A DNA stretch of 29,912 bases, taken from contig CAWDYC010000001.1 of NCBI GenBank assembly GCA_963806535.1, positions 1-29,912 on the forward strand. The letters are read 5' to 3'. The first letter of the stretch is position 1, and each line of letters opens with the position of its first letter. Of this stretch, positions 18,641 through 29,274 are shown one piece after another. The position numbers were made by a program, and so were the translations under genes. Below the pieces are notes generated by a model. It worked only from the letters and a program-made list of their open reading frames with translations. It had not been told where the DNA came from and searched no databases. Source of the stretch: Candidatus Bathyarchaeota archaeon (GTDB lineage Archaea; Thermoproteota; Bathyarchaeia; Bathyarchaeales; Bathycorpusculaceae).

Positions 18641-19225
18641 CTAGTACTTGGTGGAGGTAATCTGAAGGTTGAAGCTGTATGTGGTGACATTATCGTTAAT
18701 TAAATAATTTATGAAGCCGTCAGAAGATTGCGAAGTTAGAGTCAGGGTTACCAAAATCGTTTGGTTCGGGTATATTGGAAGTCCATTGTAGTCCCATGAC
18801 AGACTTAGAAAAGATCCGATTCCAGGAGGCGACCAATTGGTTACAATAAACGAAATTGTAACGGGTACATTACTTGTGCTTTGCACAAAGAAAGATGTGT
18901 TCGTTGACTCACCTGCGTAAATGCTAGTCCATTGTATAGCATTTCCATGAAGTTCTCCGCCGAAGATCTTAACTCCCGTCGTGTAGATATAACCGTTATT
19001 AGAATAATTCTGTTCATTAGGAATATATGTCGGATTTAGGGTTTGATTAGGTGAAAGCGTCGGGCTTATGGTGTGAGTAGGCGAAGACGTCGGGATAGTC
19101 GTTCCATCATCCAAAGGTGAGGACGACGGGATGGCTGAAAAAGTAACAAAGATCAAAACTATTACAGCAAAAACCAACGCGACGATTACTAATGTTATTG
19201 ATAGTTTAGGTCTTGCCATAATCAA
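18641..19225 (-). CDS. Membrane-anchored/exported protein with Pro/Thr/Ser linker and fibre-type domain
   Basis: Long N-terminal hydrophobic helix, SPT linker, then IQW..IYAGE...FFVQSTSNVPVT...NWSP...LSLSWDY...VTLTLT...YSFNLQIT. Confidence 0.8.
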   Translation of the reverse strand: MIMARPKLSITLVIVALVFAVIVLIFVTFSAIPSSSPLDDGTTIPTSSPTHTISPTLSPNQTLNPTYIPNEQNYSNNGYIYTTGVKIFGGELHGNAIQWTSIYAGESTNTSFFVQSTSNVPVTISFIVTNWSPPGIGSFLSLSWDYNGLPIYPNQTILVTLTLTSQSSDGFINYLINDNVTTYSFNLQITSTKY

Positions 19226-19268
19226 CTCCTTTACAACAAATGACTCTTATGTGTCATTCTATAATTAT

Positions 19269-19284
19269 ATATTTGCGCAAATAT
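19269..19284. promoter_or_regulatory. Perfect 16-bp palindrome at the promoter of 18641..19225
   Basis: ATATTTGCGCAAATAT abuts a TATA-like TATATAAT on the minus strand about 40 bp before the start. Confidence 0.5.
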
Positions 19285-19495
19285 TGATACTTTCCTTAAG
19301 TTGTCAACTTTAGTTGAGTTTTATAAAACTCGACAAAGATTAGTAGTTCAGTTAAACTCAGGTCTATCATTGAATAAGAAACAATTTGTTTGTATTCTCT
19401 AAGCATTACCAAGTAATCGGAAATCTCAAGCCTGATTGTATAGAAGAATGTGGAACACCTTCAACCCCGTATCCGCGCCCGGGCAATGAATGCAT

Positions 19496-21108
19496 TTAAT
19501 GTATTTGGCTACGCGAGTTAGGTTTGGAGGTTTTCATGAGTTTTTCAATGACATTTAGAGCGCGGGTTAATATTTTGCCAATTATTCCCAGCCCACTTAC
19601 CATGCCGCGCAGGTTTTCTATGTCATATTTGTTTATTGTTTGGGTTAGCAAGGCCGTGGCTAAAAACACGAATGCGAAGAATATTACTCCTATGACTAGC
19701 CGTATCAAACTGGAGAAACTCAGCTCTGAGATGAGAATGTAGGTAAAGGCCGCGGATATTGCAGATGATAGCAGAATTTTTGTTGACGAAAGCCAGTCTA
19801 CTGTCAACTCGTAGTGTTTCCTTATCCAATAAAGCAATATTATAGTGATACAGATTTGAGTCATTAACGAAGTTATAATCAGTCCTAAAACTCCTAACTT
19901 CAAGATTAGAATATAACCTAATGGGAAGCCAATGGCTGCTGCAATTAGATTGATGTACAGGAGAAATGTGGTTTTTCCTTGACTGATGATGAAGTTGCCT
20001 ATGGTTAAGTTTCCAAACGCTGTGTAACAGTAGGTGACTGCAAGGAGCGCAAGGAAAAGGGGTGCCGAAGCAGTAGCTTCTGCCAAACAGCGTGGCAAAC
20101 TGCAGGCTGCGCAAGGCACATTACGAGCGTTGCTACAGGAACAACCAGTAATGAAGCGTATTTTATGGAGAATTGAAAGACGTCTTTAGAGAGCCTCTTT
20201 GTCTTTTTGCAGGTTCCAGCTTGCTAAATGCTGGAAACAGCATTGTTGTTATTGGTGTTGCAAAGAATGTTATAAGAACTACGAAAGTGTTGGGCTATTC
20301 CATAGTTGCCGATTGCAATGTTATCTTTTACATAGAAAATTGGCAGCAAAAAAGTGTAAAATTGACTTTGAAACCGGCACTTATTATTGTTGAAAGCGAT
20401 AAAGGTGTGCCGAACGTGAGCATGGATTTTATGTAGGCTTTGATTTCGAGTTTTCTAGTGTCTGGTTTTGGCAGCTTTCGATATATCGCATACATAAGGA
20501 GCAAACCTGTTGCAGCCGCCACTGCATAAGCTGATATGTTGCCTATCACGGCACCGGCAGTACCTAAGTCCATCGACGACAAGTGTTATCATAATTATGG
20601 TTTTGAAGATTGATTGGATAATGAGCATGATACTGTTGTGCGCCATTTTTTCGACGCCTGTAAAAGCTGCCGTAGCAGCGTTTACCAGCCCAATGGCTAA
20701 AATTAGGATAGATGCCAATTGAATAAGCGGAGCAATAGCGGGACGATGAAACACGTTGGCTGCCAAGAAGCCTGAAAGCCCAAAAGATAGGGCCGACAAA
20801 GCTAAACCCATGGCGATTTCAAAGATTAATCCGGAAACAAATATGCTTCTAACTTCGCTTTCTCTGCCTTCGCCTCGGAATTGCGCCGTGTAACGTACCA
20901 TGGCGGAGTTAACTCCCCAGTCCCTGAAAATTCCAATAAGCGTGGGGGTCACCAAAACTATTCCGTATAAACCGTACAAATCTGAGCCAAGGAGCCGAGC
21001 GACGAAAATTGTTGCAACCGAAGAAATTATTGTGGAAACCACTAGACCCCACAGTAGGTGAAAGCTGCCTGTCGTAGAAACTTTAGCAATATCCGCCGCT
21101 TTGCTCAT
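19496..21108 (-). CDS. Oligosaccharide/polysaccharide flippase (Wzx/MOP family), frameshifted
   Basis: Four overlapping frames with VARLLGSDLYGLYG, DWGVNSAMVRY, MLTFGTPLS, VLFPAFSKL and many TM helices. Confidence 0.85.
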
Positions 21109-21908
21109 ATTCTATTGTCCTTATCTCATACATACTTATGTTTAGCCTGCGCCACTTCTTCAAAGGAGGGGAACAAAGTCCTTGCTCAGTCTGTTTTAAG
21201 ACTCAATAAATGGGTAACTTAAAAGCACTTTTCTAAAATAGTTCCAGGCTGGCTGAGTGTGTTATCTGAAAATTTCAAGAGAGCGCGCTTCCTCTTTTTC
21301 GGAAATATTATTTAACGAGGGCACCAGAGCGTGAGCTGCTTGTAACATAGTCACGACTGGCTAAAAAGGCATATCAAAAAAATTGGAAAAAAATATATTT
21401 GATGGAGCTTTCAAAAGATAAACCTTGCACGGCTGAAAAAAATCAATTAAGAAAAGTTCAGTCTGCAAACTAGAACGAAAACTTCTTTTCCTTTAATAAC
21501 CAAAGCAGAATCAACAAATTTTAACATTTTTCCAAGATTAAAGGTCTTCTACAGGTTTGTGGCGATTATTATTGGAAACAGTTGTCAATGCAGTCACAAA
21601 AAAATAGAAGCGTTCAAAGGGTTTTAGCTATCTAATTAATAAGCATATTGAATGTTATATGCGGATAATAATCTGTTTAGAAGACTTAAAGAATTCGCAT
21701 AAGAAGACAGTATTCTGATAGACTTTTGTCCAACTGTCATTAGAAAAACCTTAATGCAGTACCTAATGCCGGGCTGAAATTCCTGAATCTATGATTACTT
21801 AGTCATGGTTTAATGGAGCTAATTTTCGTAAGGGTGAACTCAAGCCATTGTAAGGTCTGCGAAAATAATTTAGCTTAAAATATCAGAATTAGACAATGGA
21901 TGACAAAA

Positions 21909-22798
21909 TTATTTGAGAAGAGGTTTCCAATATTTTTCAATATACTCTTCAAGAGCAACATCCCAATTTCTAACCGAATCAATCCCGAGCAACTCAAGCT
22001 TATAATTCCGTGACATTTCCGATCTCGACCTTTGAGCTGGCAAGGGAAAACATGCAGAAGTGACAGGTTGAACTTTAACATCTGAGCATCCCAAAAAATC
22101 AACGATCTTGCAAGCAACATCGAATCGCGTACACCAGCCCTTATTAGTACAGTGATACAAACCATAGTAGTTCGTTTCAATAAGACTGGCAAGACAACGA
22201 GAAAAGTCAAAAGTATAAGTTGGGCTACCAATCTTATCGTTAACAGCTTTAAGCAATTTTGTTGATCTGATTTGATTAATTATTTTGGCAATAAATTTCT
22301 TATCTTTCTCGGGACCGCCACCAATCATCCATCCAGCACGAACAATATAATAGAGGCTCAACAAATTCTGAACAATCTTTTCCCCTTCAAGCTTACTCCG
22401 ACCGTAAACATTAATTGGATTTGGAGTATCAAATTCAGTGTAGGGCTCCAACTTGTCTCCAAAAAAGACACCAATTGTACTAATATAAACCATAGGAATA
22501 TTTCGCTCTTGACAAATCAAGGCGACATTCTGGGTGCCAATAGTGTTAGTCAGAAAAGCAGCATCGGGCTCTAACTCACATTTATCAACATCTGTCTCAG
22601 CCGCCAAGTGCATTATCATTTCAGGTTCAATCTTTTCAACCATGCTTCTCACTTGATTGTATTGTCTTACATCCAAGTATTCAATTTCCTTGCTATTTGT
22701 CAATAAATCAGTGGCAAAAACTCTGTGGCCCCGCTCAACTAATGTAGGACACAAAGCAGCCCCTAGCATTCAGCCGCACCAGTAATCAGTATTTTCAA
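21909..22798 (-). CDS. rmlD: dTDP-4-dehydrorhamnose reductase (frameshift in the first codons)
   Basis: MKILITGAAxMLG, HLAAETDVDKCE, YIST..VF.G, NPINVYGRSKLEGE, DKIGSPTY. Confidence 0.9.
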
Positions 22799-23045
22799 GT
22801 CACATGCTCCATCTCATCATATTAGGGATAACTTATTAATCTTTTTACGTGATTTCTGAATATTTTAATCTATATAATTTTAAAATTATTGTGAAACCAA
22901 GAGTGCTGTCCCTCGGAAGTGTTATCCGATTCTCAAATTCTCGCATTTTTTAACACCATTCATTAATTCAAAGAATAATTTCACAATAAGGTTGGTTGAA
23001 TACTATTAACATAAAATATCAATCGTTCGAAGGTTTAAAAAAACC

Positions 23046-23677
23046 TCAAAGTTTCGTCGCTTCTATAAAGGATTCAATTTCGTTGGAAAGAAGCAATGGA
23101 AGAAAGCTAATAATTTTTTTGTCATTCCAATTCCACCAAGCGATTTTCAATAACTCATCTATTTGTTCTCTTTTAAAGCGGTATTTTATTACTTTGGCAG
23201 GATTCCCCCAACGAGTGCATAAGGTGGCACGTCCTTTGTTACTAGGGAATTCATGGCAACTACAGCTCCACTGCCAATTCGAACACCCTCTTTTATAGTT
23301 ACGTTACTTGCGATCCATACGTCATTTTCTATAACGATGGGATTAGGTCGAATCTTATTAGTGTCAAGCTTGCCTTGCTGTACAAAGAAGTATCGATTTG
23401 CCATTTATCATAAAACTCATAGAAAGGATAGTCAGAAACCCAAGAATAGTTAAGTTTGCCGAGAAAGGTAAATTTTAATCCCCATGCAATCGAACAGAAA
23501 TTACCGACCTTGCTTCCGCGCGCCTTTTGCAGTGCAATCTCAGGCGTGATACCAATAATCTCGGGTTGAGGACCAAAACTATGTTTACCATAAGGAATGA
23601 TGATATTTGGAGTTCTGCCTGCTTTGCTTTTACGAATTATTTCAAGAATATGATTAAAATTCTTAGAACACCCACAT
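23046..23677 (-). CDS. CatB/Vat-like hexapeptide O-acetyltransferase, frameshifted (start approximate)
   Basis: KVGNFCSIA, WVSDYPF, IVIENDVWIA...GVRIGSGAVVAMNSLVTKDVPPYA, PAKVIKYRF, LLKIAWWNW. Confidence 0.8.
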
Positions 23678-23747
23678 ATTTAATCACTTAGCCTCAGTCA
23701 GTTTTGAAATCTCAACTAATTGCCAAGTCCACGCTGTTCTTGTTTAG

Positions 23748-24756
23748 CTACTTTTTCCGTTTTGTCTTGCTTAAGGTAGCAACTGCATTCCATTTCTTTG
23801 TCTAATTCTATTACTATAGATTTTCAAGTGTATTTAATTCCGAATTTCTATTCATTCCTTTAATAAATGAATACTTATCTAGGCAAAAACAGATATTTCC
23901 AGGGCATTTCACCGGACCTGGCAGGTCGCTTTGGCAGATTATTTTTGCTAAAAATGTTGCCGGATAACTTGGAAAACAACCCACGCTAATATCGCCATTT
24001 GCCGACATTTCGTAAGCTATTGAAGGATAAAGGCAAGTTTTTCCTTTGGTTTTGCCTCCTGTACGATAGTAATAATCTGTTTCGCCTAATTCTTCTTTTA
24101 GCATTTTAGCGAGTTCACCTGTCGGTTGGAAGTCCCATAAAGGATTAGGATGGAGAAGCAAATTGGCTTTCAGAAATTTTTCTTTCAGCTTTTTGTACTC
24201 TAAGGCTTGATTGGGAGTCATAACGTAGTTAACAATCCCAATTGTGCAACCTAAGTTCAAGAGTTTTGTTGCTCTTTGTAGAAAAGGTGTCACATTGAGT
24301 TTGTGATGGATGAAATGTGCACATGAAAATAACCTTTTCTTTGTGCGGCAAATTAGAATAGGATTCTAAGTTCCACGAAAGATTAGTATCTATCCTAATA
24401 TTACTTACATTCTTTTTCTGTAAGATTATACTTAAGAACTCATGCATGTTTTTTACATCTAGCATAGCTTCTCCACCGCTAAGGGTTAGCGCTAGTTCCT
24501 TATCGTGGAATGCTCGATCTATTGCGTCAGCCCAATCGCGAGGCGGATAGTTGTCAAAACAATGAACACTAAAACCATCATCGTTAGCGCGTCCTCGGCT
24601 ATGATCCTGAGAACAATATGGACATGAATAATTGCACCATTCACTCAAATACCACCTGAGCAAAATCGCATCTTGCCAAGTTTTCATGATTTTACCAAAT
24701 TGGTCTATTTCGTTTCGTTGAGTTCTTGGACTTCTGAATAGTTCCCACATATACAT
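23748..24756 (-). CDS. Radical SAM protein with Cys-rich C-terminus, frameshifted
   Basis: EWCNYSCPYC, LSGGEA, IDTNLS, TFHPSQ. C-terminal KTCLYP...GDISVGC...VKCPGNICFC. AGGTGAG RBS precedes ATG 24756. Confidence 0.8.
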
Positions 24757-24974
24757 CTCACCTTTTTGTTTATTATTTGTAAAAGCAGTCAATGCAATAA
24801 CCTATCGCATACCCCACTTTTTAGAATTTTGTATGCCGCCTTGTCTCGAAATTGAAAAGCTTATTTTCAACTTGTAGTTCCGTATTGAGTGTGAATTAAA
24901 TGAAAAATGAAAAGCATGGAAATTTAGTCTTACTTTTCTAAAAACGAGGCTTAAATATGTTTTTTTAGGACAAA

Positions 24975-25424
24975 GAGGTCTTCCATTTGCAATCGTTTTT
25001 AATTACTAGGTCAGTCATTCCAGCAATAAGTGAGTTTTCGGAAAGATTTCCCCACAGACCACCGATTTGGACGCCCCGATGCAGCCATCCTCAACTGTTG
25101 TTCCTTTCAAGATGCTACTGCCAGAACAAATCCAAACGCGGTTTTCAATTTTCGTGTCTGACTACGTCGGGGAAGGGGTGCCATCATATTCAATATAACA
25201 CCAGTTGATGTCTATAACAAGAGAACCTGTTGCAATCATATAGTCTTTTCCAATTTCAATTCTTTTTGGACAAGAATGGTTAAATTGATCCCGGAATCCG
25301 GTTCAGCTTCTTCTCCTGATATCTTTAATAGCCCATTTTCATGAGCTTGAATGTAAGAGCCATAAGTGAAATTCCAGATCATCAATTTGAAAAGTTGCAT
25401 TTCTATGCAAAATGATAAGTTCAT
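24975..25424 (-). pseudogene. Degenerate left-handed beta-helix acyltransferase (ends approximate)
   Basis: KRIEIGKDYMIA and TKIENRVWICSGSSILKGTTVEDGCIGASKSVV. In-frame TAG at 25162-25164 plus indels and an eroded GxPA motif. Confidence 0.6.
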
Positions 25425-25497
25425 CAGGACTGATCAAACAATTTTCATTTTTTGATAAGATCCACCTATCAACTAATCATTAACTATTATCCACTCG

Positions 25498-26406
25498 TTA
25501 AGATGAAGTTTCATTTATTGTAACCAAGTAAAATAAACCGTCGCGAATACCTTTGAGGTATGCGATAAACAACTTTGGTTTCATAAAAATAAGTTTTTCA
25601 TTTGAAAAATTAAGTCAACTGTGAATAAGTAGATAGAGAAAACAATGAATTGACTCCTACTGGAGTTCCTTTTCGCAAATATAAAACGGTTTCTAGTCAT
25701 ATAGTACGTTTCTAGTTCACTATCCGACCTTTTATGGATCTTATGCCAAACTCTAGCTTTTGGTACATAGATTACTTTGAAACCTGCTTTCTTTGCTTTT
25801 AAGCACCATTCTGTTTCTTCGTAATAAGCGAAATAAAGTTCAGTTCAAAAGACCTATCCGTTTGATCGTTTCTTCCTTTATCAGCAAGGCGGTACCAGTA
25901 ACAAAATCAACTTCTTCAATGCAATCGAATCTGCCCATCATCAATTTCATTTCTTCCGATAAGAGGTGTTATACCAGTCCAAGAATTTATTCTGCCACCT
26001 GCGCACCAAATTCTATTAGGCTGTTCATAATACAAAATCTTTGGACCAACTATTCCAATTTGAGCATCAGTTCTGAGCAACGTTAACCAATTCGGTTAAG
26101 AAGTTTGAATCCACAACTGCGTCGTTATTTAAGCAATAGAACGTAGTTTGCTCCAGAACGAAGAGCCCAACGGATTCCTTCATTGCAGCCTCCTGCAAAA
26201 CCAAGGTTTTTTTGCTCTTTGATCACCAAAACAAGAGTCTCCAAATTTTTTCTTAACAATCTCAGCGTCATTTCCTGTTGAGCCATTATCAATAACCACA
26301 ATCATGTAGTTTGGATAAACAATTTTCTGAAGAGATTCTAAACATTCTAAAGTGTCTGTCTAAACCGTTCCAATTTAGTATTATAATCGCTACTTTAGGG
26401 CAACAT
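25498..26406 (-). CDS. GT2 glycosyltransferase, WbbL/rhamnosyltransferase-like, multiply frameshifted
   Basis: KVAIIILNWNG, VIDNGS, NLGFAGGCNEGI, LLNND, VDFVTGTALLIK, YFAYYEETEW, KARVWHK, YYMTRNR. Confidence 0.85.
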
Positions 26407-26729
26407 TTTCGCATAAAAAGACCTTGGCTCCTAATAGTCTTACCAGACGCTTTTTCTTCATCGTTTTCAACCAACCTGCTTTCATCAAATTATTACTCTT
26501 CGACATTGACTTTCGGTACTCGATGGCTTTGTCATAATTATAAGTCGAATTTAGCATAATCAAGAGCAACTGATTTGATTTACAGCTTGGTTCTAAACTC
26601 ATAGTAATACAGAATTAATTTCTGCATTCAAGAGTTAGTAGCAAAAAGCAGACCCGACGAAAACAAGAGGAGCCAAGGAATTAAAAACATACTCGATGAC
26701 ATTTAACTTTATTTATTTTGCGACACTAA

Positions 26730-27895
26730 TTATATCGATAGATTATAAGAAATAATCAAACAAAATAACGCATTGTATGCGAAAAAATAATTCGGTTCCA
26801 AGCATACCACAATTTTAGGTTTTCTGATAAAAAAACGAATCTGCCTTCCAGAAGAAATTATTCGCCAATTGATTAACACGTGGAACTGTCCAGAATACTC
26901 GCTGGCAAAGATTCCACGTCCTGAATTATGCACTTGGCAAATTGCTTTTGCTTCTTCTTATAAAAATCAACTCTCGTTTCAAGCACTTCCTTCATTTCAT
27001 CGTAACCATCGGACAAATTCCTAAAAAGATTCATAATACGCTCTTCAGATGCATTATCAGTTCTGACAATGTACTTTTCAAACCCCACACTCTGAGCTAA
27101 TTCGCGACATTTCGGCTGATATTCTAAAGCAATAAACGGCGTTCCCGCAGCTGCACTCAAACCCAAAGAATGCAACTTTTCGCCTACAACAATCTTGCAA
27201 CTAGCAATAAGGTCGAGAGTTGACTGAATATCGAACCAATCATCAAATAAACTAATACCCTCTTCATCTGAAAATTTTTTCAGACGCTGAACATTCTTCT
27301 CCCAAAAAGGTATCAAAACTAAATCATACCCTTCTCTTCGCAGGTTTCTGCAGACTTTAGCTACTTCTACGAGAAGCCGTTCCTCGTTCATTCCCCAAAG
27401 AATGCCATCTGAACCAACAGCTATGGCAATCTTGTTATCAACTCTCTTAATCGAGCGACTGGGATGCAAAGAAAAACTGACATCGCCGATAACTTCTGAT
27501 TTAATTCCCCATTTCGCCAGCAAATTCTTCGAAATATCGCCTCTGACACCAATTCTTTTGAAAAACTTGAGTCGGTTTATTGCAACCGAACATTTGGAAC
27601 GAATTCTGATAAATGTAATTATATCCGAAAAAAAAAGGGTCTTTTACTCCCAGATCCAAATACGTAATTGTACATTGTTGGTCTAATAGCCTCAAGCCAT
27701 TCTGGAATACCTGTACTATCCCCAATAATAGTAATAGGACTAATACCACTATAGTCTGCATAATTCATCGATGCATGGTACAAGCGTAAAACAACCAAGC
27801 AACTCCCTAATTGCCTTATAAACAGCTTCATCACCTAAATTGCCTTCTCCAAGCCAACCAACGTAGTTAATTCTTCTTTTCTCTCGTCCATTCAT
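26730..27895 (-). CDS. Polysaccharide pyruvyltransferase family (CsaB/WcaK-like), frameshifted (3' end approximate)
   Basis: YVGWLGEGNLGDEA, IGVRG, VIGD, VGEKLHSLGLSAAAGTPFIALEYQPKC. Confidence 0.85.
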
Positions 27896-27924
27896 AAAAC
27901 GTCAACTCGCGAGAAGAAAGCTAA

Positions 27925-29190
27925 CTATATCTTTGACTTCAAATAACGAATGTTTCCTAAAATAACATTCAAAGCATACATAAACAAGGTATTTGCGATA
28001 AAGCTCTAATAAAACGAAGCTGCTTTACGTCTTCAGAAATTTGCCCAGGTAACCTAGAAGCATAAACAGTTGGTCTTGCCGAAAAGAGGAAAAAACCAAC
28101 CCAGTCAATGAATAGCGGAAAATCCAAAAGTTTCAAAGTATCCTCGAAATCCTCCTCAGTCTCGCCAGGAAAACCTATCATAATGTGGGTTGACAAGACG
28201 AATAAACGGAAACTTTTTGTTTATTCGACGCATGGAATCTCTCCAGGATTCTGCAGTCGTACTTTCTGCCCATTAACTTGAGTACTCGATTGCTCCCAGA
28301 CTCCACTTGACAGCCAACAGCTTCAATCTTGCCAGAAGCAAATATCTCCTCCAAAGACGGGAGCAGCCGCACCAAATCAACTGGATTCATTTGGTTAATA
28401 ATCAAATTGAAATCTCGACCCTCGCCAGCACGAAGCATGTTTCTCAAAAGATTAACAAGGTCGTTATCAATGTCGATACCGTAAGAGCCTAAGTCTCCAG
28501 ATACTAAGAAAAACCGTTTGTAACCACTGTTCTAAACCTCTTTTGAAATCCTTGACAATTTTCTCAACAGACCTACTTCGAACTCCACCCCACGCAGGAC
28601 GCTCACTGCAATAGGTACATTTCCCAGTACATCCTTCAGAAACTCTGATAAAACAAGAAGACGCATCAAAAAGCCACTTCCGCTGTGGCAACCTTACTCG
28701 ATCAACTTCCGTCTTTGAGATGAGCAAGCACATTACTGATTGGATCAAAAGGAGGTGCACTGACTTGTCTCAGGAACACCCAACGTATTCTTTGGAACAA
28801 CACTGATAGCGCTCATTTCATTAATCGACAAGTTTACATTCAAAATCTTCTCAAAGTATTCCAAATCTTTCGGTCCAACTATAGGCCCAGTCATACACTT
28901 CTTTGAGACTCTTAGAACTAATCTTAGGTAGACAACCCCAAACGATTAAATGCGCGTTGGCTTTTTTTCTGTTCCTGCAGTTTCTTAATCATTAAAATCG
29001 ACTGCTTTTCTTTCGGCTCAGTTAACCCGCAAGCGAAGAACACAATAAAGTCCGCCTGAGCAACATCGTCTGTTAATGTAAAACCATTTTTCAAGAAAAA
29101 TTGCTGCACATGCATGGACTTTAACTGACCCTCGTCACATCCGTTGGTAATCGAGTATAGCTTAGCCATATTCTCCAAACCCTCATTCAT
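27925..29190 (-). CDS. MiaB/RimO-like methylthiotransferase-family radical SAM protein, apparently without TRAM, frameshifted
   Basis: UPF0004-like Cys motifs NGC, FAC and WGC. IRVSEGCTGKCTYC, VRSRS, VESGSNRVLKLMGR, THIMIGFPGETEEDF, FSARPT. Confidence 0.8.
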
Positions 29191-29274
29191 AATTGAAAGT
29201 ACTTTTCAGTATCCGTTTTGAGCAAGACATAACACATTATAAAATTATTTCTATAACATCTGATTAGAAAACAA

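Noticed and set aside
21110-21900. Long gap between rmlD and the flippase, possibly a gene remnant
   Set aside because: I could not reconstruct a frame with a recognisable family signature.
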